Shown piece after piece: positions 37,293 through 46,405 of a DNA stretch of 55,887 nucleotides. The stretch is from a virus. Lineage: Duplodnaviria > Caudoviricetes. Position 1 is the stretch's first letter; each line of letters starts with the position of its first letter. The notes below the pieces were generated by a model that did no database searches, was not told where the DNA came from, and was given only the letters and a program-made list of their open reading frames with translations. The DNA lies in the IMG/VR virus record IMGVR_UViG_3300009151_000088, positions 1 to 55,887 of that record; one strand, 5' to 3'. Position numbers and translations under genes: made by a program.

Positions 37293-38721
37293 GTGTTTCC
37301 TTACATTGTGTCCAGAATGTATTTAACTCTGGGAAAGTTTCTAAAAAATTAGTTTGGTTTCTACGATCGCCCTCTTCAATAAATGCTAGGAAGTTTCGTA
37401 TTGCCGCGTCTCTATCAAATTCTACAGGACTCTTAATCCAATCAACAAGGCGTTGTACTTTACTAATTTCATAATCTTTGAATCCTTTGAATGCTGTTTC
37501 CATTGTTTCTTTGTTAGCTTCCATGAACTTAATACTATCTTCTAAGACAGTAACCATCTCCGGCATTAGTTTTGGGTTAAGCCACTCCGGGTAATGTAAT
37601 TGTGGAACATCAAACCAAATCAGCTGTCGTGTTTTGTTAAACTCTTGTCTAAGTTTAAGAATATTTTGAATATATGTCATCCAACCAGGATAGCTTAATA
37701 AATTGAATGTGCAAATAAAAGACATGCTGTGTTTGTCATTGCCTTTGACTAAGAATTCTTTGATGTTTTTGTACAATGTATCAAAATGCAGGCCTGTACG
37801 GATATATTCAGCCTGTGGTCCCCAGCTATCTAAACTACAGAACAACATAAAGTGATCAATGGATCCTGGATTGGTTAATTCTTCTAAGCTGGTCATGAAC
37901 TTGGCCCATTGATTGCCAGGCGGACAACAATTGCTAGTAATGCTTAGGTGCAATTGTTTACTGGGATTCTGTTTGACATAGTCAAATACCTTAAACGTAC
38001 TCTTATCCATTAGTGGCTCACCACCAGTCATACGGAACGTTTTTAATGTAGGATATACTTTAGGAAACCACTCCCAAAAGGCCAGTAAGTAAGGATTGTC
38101 GGGACTGTTGTTGGGCCACACATTGTTGTCAGTCATCCAGCTTAGGTCATTGTGCCAACGATCAGTTAATATGTATGCACCGTTACGCTCAATGTCCTTC
38201 ATCCACTCTGTGCTTAGGTGTGGACTGCAATATCTACATTTGAGATTACAGGCTTGGTTAAAATTTACTTCAACATACCGAGGGCTGGCATTACCTGTTG
38301 ACCCTAGCTCAAGGGCTTCTTGTATAATACCTTCTTCCCAAACATCCTTACTACGATAAGCACGGTCGCTGAGTTGATTTCCACTATCTTCTATTTCCCA
38401 ACAGAAGTGGCATTCACTAGGTCTATCTCCTTTGATCATCAAAGCACGTTGCTCTTTTTTGTAAGAAGTATTATGTAATGCACTAACATCTATCTTTATT
38501 TCCTTTAATGGAATATGATGACTGTTGGGATGATAGCAACTGTGTGTCTGCCCTGTGGGGATATGTATACTAACATTAAACCATTTAGCTAAACAGAAGC
38601 TAGGGCTAACTGCATTTAGTTTAGTATAGATATCCTGTGTATCAACAAAGTATTTTGTAGCATTCTTACCCTTAACCGTAAGTATCTCGTTGCCTCGGAT
38701 GTTTGTTTTATCGTCACTCAT
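37285..38721 (-). CDS. Radical SAM enzyme with N-terminal twitch-like domain (paralog of 35928..37292)
   Basis: SFCLAKW...HSCYHP...ECHFCW, then QACNLKCRYC and MTGGEPL. Confidence 0.9.
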   Translation of the reverse strand: MSDDKTNIRGNEILTVKGKNATKYFVDTQDIYTKLNAVSPSFCLAKWFNVSIHIPTGQTHSCYHPNSHHIPLKEIKIDVSALHNTSYKKEQRALMIKGDRPSECHFCWEIEDSGNQLSDRAYRSKDVWEEGIIQEALELGSTGNASPRYVEVNFNQACNLKCRYCSPHLSTEWMKDIERNGAYILTDRWHNDLSWMTDNNVWPNNSPDNPYLLAFWEWFPKVYPTLKTFRMTGGEPLMDKSTFKVFDYVKQNPSKQLHLSITSNCCPPGNQWAKFMTSLEELTNPGSIDHFMLFCSLDSWGPQAEYIRTGLHFDTLYKNIKEFLVKGNDKHSMSFICTFNLLSYPGWMTYIQNILKLRQEFNKTRQLIWFDVPQLHYPEWLNPKLMPEMVTVLEDSIKFMEANKETMETAFKGFKDYEISKVQRLVDWIKSPVEFDRDAAIRNFLAFIEEGDRRNQTNFLETFPELNTFWTQCKETHG

Positions 38722-40909
38722 TTATAGTTTTAAATTGTTGTTCTAACCATTCATAATCATTAACACGATTAATAGTAGGATTTTTAAGAGCATAGTCTCT
38801 ACCCTGCATTGCACCCTTCTTTGCCCAATCTGTAAAGTCCGCATCCATATTAATTGTTAACCATTTTGATAACCTATGTTTAGATTCATTGTCTGTTTTA
38901 ACAGCAAGTTTAGCACACTCTCTAAATGCACTTCTCCAGGTATCAAACTCCGACGCATTAAATCTTGTTTCATTACTAATCTGATCTATTATTTTAAATT
39001 TATTACTAACAGACGTAGTAAGGTCTGTACCCCATTTAGTAGTTCTTTTTAATAGGGATGTAGGAAATAGTTTAACACCTCCGTAGCCGTATGTCAAGCT
39101 ATTAATAGGATTAATACTGTTCCAAACATAAACACAATCTCTGTCATATAAACTGGGTTGGAAGTCAAATGTCCAATTGTCGACTAACCATGCATCACCG
39201 TCTACTACATAAAACATATCCGTTGTTGCTAATTTGGCTGCGGCTTTGTGTGCATTTAATATACCCGTTACTCCAGCAATCCTTTTAGCATTTGGAGCAA
39301 AGGTTAGTAGGCGTTGCCAGTTTTCTTCTGCATTAGGCTCCTTATAGGAAATAAAGACTACATCTAATTGCCTAGGTATTATAGGTTCAATCATTCCCAT
39401 TTCTTTAATGCCAGTAGGTTTTTTAACAGCCCTAAGTTTTGCAGACCATACCTGTTCGCCATTAATCATTGTATACCAAATATGCTCATACATTCGATCA
39501 TGGACAGGTATTTTATATTCTATCTCAATATATAAATTTGTCAATGCTAGATTGAACTCTATGAATTGGTCGGGCTCAAGTGCTTCTACCTGTTTTGAAC
39601 CTTTAGTTTTATTAACATAGGTTTGCTTCACTGCCCACATAGATTTATCAAATTGTTGATAGTCAGAATCTAACATCCAAATGTGTTCATAACCTAGGTC
39701 ATACCAAGCGGGCAAATGATCTGTGTTAAAATTGAAACCTTTTAGTGCAGGATTAATTTTAAATTTAGAACTAGGGCTAACATAGTCAATAAATTTAGAT
39801 CCAATTGGTTCTTTAACCGCACTAGCAGTTAACGCCCATATTTCTTCTTCACCATGTTTTAAATGATTATTATCTAACATCCAAACTTGTTCATACCCTA
39901 AATCGTACCATGGCACCGCATAATCAATATCATATTTTAAATCAGGAAGAACTGGATTAAGTGTTACTTTAAAGGTAGGGCTAATATAATCAATAATCTT
40001 ACTTCCATCTAGTTCGTTAGATACTTGAATAGTAAACGCCCATATATCATCTTTACCGTTAGCTAAATGTTTTCTATCTAGCATCCATACATGCTCAAAT
40101 GCAAAATCATGCCAAGGTATCAGATATTCTAAATCGTAGTCTAATTCTGGCAGTTCAGGATTAAACACGATTGTGAGTTCCGGAGTTACGATCCCTAGCC
40201 ACTTCCACTCTTTAGGTTTACGCCACATAGGAGTAAACTTAACAACCCAAAGTCTTTCATTGTTTGTTTGATGTATAGGATCCAACTCGTAGGCACATTC
40301 ATGTGCTAGGTCATAAAAAGCGGGACAACAATCATTTGCATCAACGCCTAGGTCAGGTAAGTGATCATTAAACTGCACAGCTACATCGGGTACAACATAT
40401 CCCATATCTTTTGTGCCAAGTATCTCTTTGCCTATTGGTTGGCAACTAAAAGCCCATACTTTATCTTCTAAAGGATTGAATCTCTCGTCCATGTACCAAA
40501 CTAGTTTGTAATCTCTATCCCACTTGCTGGGATTAAATGAGCCAAACGGATCATCTTCATAGGTTATTAGTTTATCAATATCTGGATTACGTGTCCACGC
40601 TAGTTCAGTTTTGATAATTTCAACTGTTTCATATCCATGATAAGGATACCATCCATCTTTAAATATTTTAACTATCCAATCGTTGTTGTAAGTTACTACT
40701 ATGCATTTTCTAGTGTTAGGTACTTCTTCCACATAATACTTAAGATCAACACGCCATTGTTCGGGATAATCATTATTTGGATTTACCACATAAAACTCTA
40801 AATGGCCTGCACCTAGCTCATATAATTGTAGATCGTAATAAAGATCGTTGCCAAGCCAATCTACTTGGGATACTCTTTCAGTTGGTATTTGATGTATTCT
40901 ATCGAACAT
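38714..40909 (-). CDS. Repeat-containing protein with C-terminal GT-A-like glycosyltransferase domain (731 aa)
   Basis: About 6 aromatic-rich ~65-aa repeats, then DVVFISY.EPNAEENW...AH..AA....TDMFYVVDGD (DxD)...NP.N.L.YG.GGVKL. Confidence 0.75.
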   Translation of the reverse strand: MFDRIHQIPTERVSQVDWLGNDLYYDLQLYELGAGHLEFYVVNPNNDYPEQWRVDLKYYVEEVPNTRKCIVVTYNNDWIVKIFKDGWYPYHGYETVEIIKTELAWTRNPDIDKLITYEDDPFGSFNPSKWDRDYKLVWYMDERFNPLEDKVWAFSCQPIGKEILGTKDMGYVVPDVAVQFNDHLPDLGVDANDCCPAFYDLAHECAYELDPIHQTNNERLWVVKFTPMWRKPKEWKWLGIVTPELTIVFNPELPELDYDLEYLIPWHDFAFEHVWMLDRKHLANGKDDIWAFTIQVSNELDGSKIIDYISPTFKVTLNPVLPDLKYDIDYAVPWYDLGYEQVWMLDNNHLKHGEEEIWALTASAVKEPIGSKFIDYVSPSSKFKINPALKGFNFNTDHLPAWYDLGYEHIWMLDSDYQQFDKSMWAVKQTYVNKTKGSKQVEALEPDQFIEFNLALTNLYIEIEYKIPVHDRMYEHIWYTMINGEQVWSAKLRAVKKPTGIKEMGMIEPIIPRQLDVVFISYKEPNAEENWQRLLTFAPNAKRIAGVTGILNAHKAAAKLATTDMFYVVDGDAWLVDNWTFDFQPSLYDRDCVYVWNSINPINSLTYGYGGVKLFPTSLLKRTTKWGTDLTTSVSNKFKIIDQISNETRFNASEFDTWRSAFRECAKLAVKTDNESKHRLSKWLTINMDADFTDWAKKGAMQGRDYALKNPTINRVNDYEWLEQQFKTINE

Positions 40910-40947
40910 ACTACTAATTATCTTAGTAGTTAATCAATCAAAATATA

Positions 40948-42561
40948 TTATGCTGTTGGAATAGGAACAGTAGTTACATCTACTGAGAATGTTGGTTTGC
41001 CTGTGATTGGATCATATGTTGATATGAATCCCCTAAACAAATGAGTTAACGAACCGTCAACCACTGGTGCTTCAAGTTGATAATATCTTGGAGGATTTTC
41101 AACATTAGAATAATAATAAAATGCTTTGGTTATATTTTGCAATGTTGTGTCAAACTCAGTATCACCAGATGTTTCTCTTAGATTGTTTATTTCAATAGTA
41201 ATATTGCCGCCGCCGTCATGTTCCACTAAAAATATAGATCCTTGACTTTGTTCAAATCCAAAATAATCCGCGTAATTAAATCCTTCTGTAGATTTAACTT
41301 GATACAACGAGTTTCCGTTTTCGTCTAATGCTCCGCTTATATACGAAGTTGCTGTATTGCTTAACACGAAACTGTATACATTGGCCCAATACGGATAAGG
41401 TTGATCAATGGTTGCCGCATCATAGATTAAATCTCTAAGTTCTGCAAATGGTGCTCCGCCATAGCCATACTGCGGTGTTCCATCGCCGCCTGTGCCCAAT
41501 GCAATGGTTAACACAGTTGATGTATTTGCCGCACCTGTGGAGTCAACAACTAACTCTTGATCCAGACTTATACCAACAACAGCATTATAAGGAGCTGCCG
41601 CACTAATCCACTGTGCCTGTGTTTTATAATTTCTATAGTCAATGTTTATATAAGCAGTATTAACAATGTCATGACTGATATAATTAGAAGTTACGGTTAC
41701 TGTAGAATAATATGTACCTGTGGTATTTTGTTGTAGGTCAGGATCAAATATCAGCGTAAATTCATTTATTCCTGGCCTTATCGACCATCCTGCATTACCA
41801 ACGATAGATGTAGTATATGGTGCTGAATATTCTGGATCATAGAATCCGTTTCGAATAGGAGTAATTGTAATATTTGTGATTGCCTGCTGACCTAATACTG
41901 TGGTTGTTGTAATCACAGTAGTAGTGCTTAAATTAAAGTCATAGGTCTCTACTCCTACTAACTGTGAAGTATATACTGTTACTGGTCCGGAACCTGCATT
42001 TGATTCAATACTAACCAGACTCGAAAAGTCTCCGGTGTCAGTGCCATAATATGCAATTTCTACATTGGTAGTTTGTCCTATTCCTAGTGTATAAGAATTA
42101 AGTGAAGCAACACCATTAATAAATCTAGTATCAGTTCCACCTACTGAATGTAGCACAGGAAATACTCCCGGAGTTTCTGGTGCAGAAAACAAAGGTCTAT
42201 ATGGAGGATTAGGAAACATCACAACGTCAGCATTACCGAGATTTGTTATTGTTATTGTTTTCTTATATCCTTCAGTCCATGATTTTAAGTAGTCGTTATA
42301 ATATGTAGGATGTAAAGCAAGTAATGTATTAGTGGATGTTTGTCCGGCTGGAAATATAAAATCATCAGGAGTGCTAACAGAAATAATTTTTGAATCTCTA
42401 TTTGCTCTAGTTCCTACAATGGTTATTAAAGAATCCATTTCTTTAATAGTTTCTTGTATAGGTAACGGTGCACCGGCTTGCAAGGGATTGGCAGGATTCT
42501 TAGCCCGCTTGAATCCAAATGCACTGCCTAATGGTAAATTTACAACCTGTGATATTGGCAT
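40948..42561 (-). CDS. Putative virion structural protein (537 aa), beta-sandwich-rich
   Basis: Thr-rich with Ig-like patterns (TITITNLGNAD, I.SN). Lies in an operon with other structural-like genes. Confidence 0.65.
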   Translation of the reverse strand: MPISQVVNLPLGSAFGFKRAKNPANPLQAGAPLPIQETIKEMDSLITIVGTRANRDSKIISVSTPDDFIFPAGQTSTNTLLALHPTYYNDYLKSWTEGYKKTITITNLGNADVVMFPNPPYRPLFSAPETPGVFPVLHSVGGTDTRFINGVASLNSYTLGIGQTTNVEIAYYGTDTGDFSSLVSIESNAGSGPVTVYTSQLVGVETYDFNLSTTTVITTTTVLGQQAITNITITPIRNGFYDPEYSAPYTTSIVGNAGWSIRPGINEFTLIFDPDLQQNTTGTYYSTVTVTSNYISHDIVNTAYINIDYRNYKTQAQWISAAAPYNAVVGISLDQELVVDSTGAANTSTVLTIALGTGGDGTPQYGYGGAPFAELRDLIYDAATIDQPYPYWANVYSFVLSNTATSYISGALDENGNSLYQVKSTEGFNYADYFGFEQSQGSIFLVEHDGGGNITIEINNLRETSGDTEFDTTLQNITKAFYYYSNVENPPRYYQLEAPVVDGSLTHLFRGFISTYDPITGKPTFSVDVTTVPIPTA

Positions 42562-42562
42562 A

Positions 42563-42625
42563 TTATCTTAATTGTCCAGTGGCCGCATATCTTCTTTTTT
42601 CATCTAATGTCACTCTATTAAACAT
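42563..42625 (-). CDS. 20-aa micropeptide MFNRVTLDEKRRYAATGQLR
   Basis: Strong SD AAGGAG 6 nt upstream. Its stop is 1 nt before the next ATG, filling the gap exactly. Confidence 0.55.
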   Translation of the reverse strand: MFNRVTLDEKRRYAATGQLR

Positions 42626-42636
42626 ATTAATCTCCT

Positions 42637-42816
42637 TTATTTGTGTGAAAATTCTTTTCTTAATTCTACAAACCATTGAATAAAAATATCATCTGGAAAC
42701 ATTTTTATTAATAAGTCGGCCGCTGGTATCGAAACACCAGTCAATAATAACATTTTTTCTTCGTAGGTCAGTAGTCTAATTTTTTCAACTACTTGTTCTG
42801 GGGTATAACTAAACAT
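42637..42816 (-). CDS. Hypothetical 59-aa protein (MFSYTPEQVVEKIRLL...)
   Basis: Below the track cutoff. Overlaps the stop of the Hint gene, SD AAGGA. Confidence 0.65.
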   Translation of the reverse strand: MFSYTPEQVVEKIRLLTYEEKMLLLTGVSIPAADLLIKMFPDDIFIQWFVELRKEFSHK

Positions 42817-43945
42817 TTTTGTTCCTTATCATCTGTTTTAATTTAAGTACTGGAAGGACAACAATACCTAATAGTTTTAATAAACTCATAGAAACTTTTT
42901 GTATTGTCGGGGACGATCCTACTTTGAATACCTTTGCATTTATCTTGTTTATTGCATTTATGTTCATCCAGCCTAGAAATATATTATACAGGTATCCACC
43001 ATAGACTGCATTATTTCCATTTTCAATGAACAAGCGTCTAATTGCCAACACTTCGTCTTTGGTCAATAATTGTTTTCTGTAACCTTCAAGAAGACCGCCG
43101 CCATCACCAAATATACTATGTGTTCCATATCCGTTGACTCTAAATGTATGATCACCATCAACCCATAGACTATAAACACGTTGACCGCTTGCAGGTATTA
43201 CCTTATCAGGAGTTAATAACTTGTTCTTACCCAGCCAAGGATACATTTGATAATTTATTTCTGGATATACTGCATACATTTCTCCATTGATAATCAAAGG
43301 ATGATTAACTGTGGCAAATGGCGCATATTCAGGTGTGGGTGAATACAAGGCTCGATATGTATCATCTGTGTCATATTCAGTGAATGTCACTGTGTTAACG
43401 GCACTACGGTTATGATTATAAACTTGTTCACCCTCTTGTACATCTACTATACGTTTTGTAGTTCCGTCGGCCATGTCAACTAGGGTATCAGCAGTAAAGC
43501 ATTCGGAAATTACACTAAGGATAATCAGTAAGGGAATAATATCCCATCCGCCACCTCCACCTCCTCCACCACCTCCACCGGTGCCAGGACCACCAATAAC
43601 ATATTTGGTAGGATCGGGCACAGGCAGTTGAGAAATAATCACTGTGTTGGTCACAGTCATTGGATTTGATATACCACGCAAAGACGCACTTATAGCCACG
43701 GTACCTGTATATACTCCAAACACTGCGGTATTGGTACCATACCAAGAAGTAAAGTTAGTTGAACTGTTAGGCTGTATAGTTGTATTAGTAGCAGTAGTTG
43801 TACCTAAAAATATACCAGGAACCCCAAAGTTAGTTAAAGTAGATCTATGATAGATACTGGCGGTAGTAGTAAATGCAAAGCCCGTGACTGTGGCTGCTGT
43901 ACTACTGTTATTATATATTGTATAGGTAATTGGAGGATATGCCAT
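42809..43945 (-). CDS. Virion-like protein with poly-Gly linker, hydrophobic segment and Hint (hedgehog/intein-like) domain
   Basis: ECFTADTLV.MADG..K.I..V..G..V (block A), T.NHP (block B) and VY.L.V....TF.VNG..THS (blocks F/G). Confidence 0.85.
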   Translation of the reverse strand: MAYPPITYTIYNNSSTAATVTGFAFTTTASIYHRSTLTNFGVPGIFLGTTTATNTTIQPNSSTNFTSWYGTNTAVFGVYTGTVAISASLRGISNPMTVTNTVIISQLPVPDPTKYVIGGPGTGGGGGGGGGGGWDIIPLLIILSVISECFTADTLVDMADGTTKRIVDVQEGEQVYNHNRSAVNTVTFTEYDTDDTYRALYSPTPEYAPFATVNHPLIINGEMYAVYPEINYQMYPWLGKNKLLTPDKVIPASGQRVYSLWVDGDHTFRVNGYGTHSIFGDGGGLLEGYRKQLLTKDEVLAIRRLFIENGNNAVYGGYLYNIFLGWMNINAINKINAKVFKVGSSPTIQKVSMSLLKLLGIVVLPVLKLKQMIRNKNV

Positions 43946-44154
43946 TAATTAAATGCCTCGTCTCTGTATCTAGAAATTGTACCATCTGCATATACTATAG
44001 TCACAGTATGTTCAATGATAGTAACTGTAACTTCTTCGTCGGTACAGCAACTACTTTTACCGGTAAATTGAATATCCTGTAAGGTGCCTAGATACTTGTA
44101 CATTTTGTATAGGATCTCTGCTTCATTTTCACAGGTGCATGTTTTTGTAGTCAT
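43945..44154 (-). CDS. Small Cys-containing hypothetical protein (69 aa)
   Basis: TAAATA 5 nt upstream of the ATG. TAATG overlap with the next gene. Confidence 0.7.
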   Translation of the reverse strand: MTTKTCTCENEAEILYKMYKYLGTLQDIQFTGKSSCCTDEEVTVTIIEHTVTIVYADGTISRYRDEAFN

Positions 44155-44172
44155 ATTAATATTTACCGGTAA

Positions 44173-46302
44173 TTATGTCCAAGTAAATGTACCTGTACCC
44201 AAGGTCCAGTCAGTGAGCATATTACCATCACCGTCATAGGTAGGAGGTGTGCCGCCCCATAATAATTGCATATTGCTCCACCAATTGTATATACTAATAC
44301 TCGATCCGTTGTCTCCAGTACCCCATGCCGTAGGATAAGTCCTAATGCTCATTGAAGTAGCACTGGTTTTGGTAATTCTATATGTGTAGGCGACACGTGA
44401 ATATGGACCATTAACACCACTAGGTATCTGATAATCAACTACCTGACTAGTAGTTAACGCAGTTAAATTCACAGAACCAACCATGGTCCAAAATGGTCTT
44501 AGGTTATTCTGATATCTATACAGGTTACTTTCAGTCTGAGCACTACCTATCAGGCCATTGCCGTTAAATGCCAACCACTCCCAATTACAGGTTTGGCAGT
44601 TTGGGGGGTCTGTGGGCCATACCCCCATATATAGCCAAACATTGCCCTGCACTCTATCCAGTGAGAAACCGCCCTGTGCTGAATAACAGCCTGCCACACT
44701 CTGAGATCCGGATATGTGATTTGTGTTAGGAGCACTGGCATAGTATTCCCAAGGACCGTAGTTCCAATATCCTGATATAGGATCTACTAATAGATCTGCC
44801 ACACCGTCATTACGGAATGTAGCTGTTAGATCAATACGTTTGGACAGACTAACATCACTGTTGTCGCGCACCGCTAGTATGTTCACACTCAGCGTACCAC
44901 TGCTGTATGTAGTTGATGTAGTAGTTGTTCCTGCATTAAGGAAGTTGTCTCTGGTATATTTCCAATTACCATTGTCATAAAGATAATCTGCAAACTGGGC
45001 CCAGGCTACATCTAAATCATTGCCTTGTGCTGTGGTATTGTAATAGGGAAACCAAGTTAGCTGGCCGCCTGTGTTAAAGAAATAACGGGCCATTTTATTG
45101 GTAGGAAAATCTACCCTAACCTTGTGACTGATTTCACGACTCCATACCGCGGTTCTAGTACTGGTCCCGTAGCCAATGTCAATGTAGCTGTTATTACTGT
45201 ATAGATATTGATTAGGGTGGCATTCATATCGGTGTGCGTCTAGCCAATTTATAGTATTGGATAGAGTATTATGCATACCAATGGTAATTGGAGTACCTAC
45301 CAAGGGTGTAAGGGTAGTTGTTGAAGTGTTGGTAACATGTATATGAGCATAGTTAATATCAGTGATTAACCTATTCCACTGTGTGCGTGTAATTCTATTT
45401 CTACGACTTGCAGGGCGACTGTTAATTCCGCCAAAACCGTAGCCATTGTTTCCTAGACCTAGTATGTCACTGATCTTGGCCTGTATGCTGTTATATGCTT
45501 CCAAAGGAATAATACTGCTGGGCAAATCAACACTGACTGTAAATGTTTGGTTTCCGCTAGCACCCGCGCTGTCAACAGCCCGCATAACCAACACTACTTC
45601 GGTGCCTGCGACTGTAGGGGTTCCGCTAATTGATCCAGTGGCGCTATTTAAGGTTAGACCAGTGGGTAATGTGCCGCTGATTATTGAGTATGTATAAGGA
45701 GCTGTACCGCCTGCGGCCGCAACAGGTTGGAAATCTGTGGGAACATTAATACGTAGTCGTTGATTGGCAATCAGTAGGACCTTAAAGGCTGAGGCTACAT
45801 TGGCCACAGGCGGCTCGGCGGCTACCACACCTGTATTACCATTTATATAGGCCGCGTATTCTTCCTGTGTTAGAATACGTCCATCAGTTTGCCCATATAC
45901 CACTTCATTGTTGCCAGAATATGGGCTGTTGAAGTCTATGCGATATAATAGTGTCCAACCAGCATAGGTAGTACCCGGAGTATAACTCGCAGCCTGTCCA
46001 GGAAAGCTCATGGTAAACTGTACACTGGCATAGGTAAGTTCAACTCCTGTGGTAGTTGCGGCAAAGTTAATTGGTATAGCTGTTATTGGACTAGGTGTAC
46101 AGTGATTATATCCGTAAAACGTCATCGTTCCGCTGACGGGAGTGGGAAAGCTGGAGCTCAAGGTCCAGTTGGCTGTGATCGTGGTGTTTTCTATTTGAGC
46201 ACCCGTGAGATCTGTGCCTGGATAGAAGTTTACTCGATCAAAGGCAGTGCTGGCTCTACCTCCAGTGCTAGGATCATTAGGGTCGTATATAATTATTGCC
46301 AT
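44173..46302 (-). CDS. Virion structural protein with putative Ig (He_PIG-like) domain (709 aa)
   Basis: A.GGT.PYTYSI.SG.LP.GL.LN..TG.ISGTPT..G motif. GYG, I...QW..L..DI and ARYFFN.GG motifs of phage structural proteins. Confidence 0.75.
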   Translation of the reverse strand: MAIIIYDPNDPSTGGRASTAFDRVNFYPGTDLTGAQIENTTITANWTLSSSFPTPVSGTMTFYGYNHCTPSPITAIPINFAATTTGVELTYASVQFTMSFPGQAASYTPGTTYAGWTLLYRIDFNSPYSGNNEVVYGQTDGRILTQEEYAAYINGNTGVVAAEPPVANVASAFKVLLIANQRLRINVPTDFQPVAAAGGTAPYTYSIISGTLPTGLTLNSATGSISGTPTVAGTEVVLVMRAVDSAGASGNQTFTVSVDLPSSIIPLEAYNSIQAKISDILGLGNNGYGFGGINSRPASRRNRITRTQWNRLITDINYAHIHVTNTSTTTLTPLVGTPITIGMHNTLSNTINWLDAHRYECHPNQYLYSNNSYIDIGYGTSTRTAVWSREISHKVRVDFPTNKMARYFFNTGGQLTWFPYYNTTAQGNDLDVAWAQFADYLYDNGNWKYTRDNFLNAGTTTTSTTYSSGTLSVNILAVRDNSDVSLSKRIDLTATFRNDGVADLLVDPISGYWNYGPWEYYASAPNTNHISGSQSVAGCYSAQGGFSLDRVQGNVWLYMGVWPTDPPNCQTCNWEWLAFNGNGLIGSAQTESNLYRYQNNLRPFWTMVGSVNLTALTTSQVVDYQIPSGVNGPYSRVAYTYRITKTSATSMSIRTYPTAWGTGDNGSSISIYNWWSNMQLLWGGTPPTYDGDGNMLTDWTLGTGTFTWT

Positions 46303-46405
46303 ATTTGGGTTTGGGTCTCAGTAGGGTATTTAGCCCTTTTTCTCTAAGGCCATTGTACTAGACGTTAAATACGTATATAATGATACGATATCTAAAGGAA
46401 CAAGT

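Noticed and set aside
29431-38721. RiPP cluster or MoaA/PqqE/queuosine pathway
   Set aside because: No precursor peptide, RRE/PqqD, peptidase or partner cofactor genes were recognised in the operon. The neighbours are sugar-related.
43115-43501. Canonical splicing intein
   Set aside because: It ends His-Ser rather than His-Asn followed by Cys/Ser/Thr, has no endonuclease, and does not interrupt a conserved enzyme.
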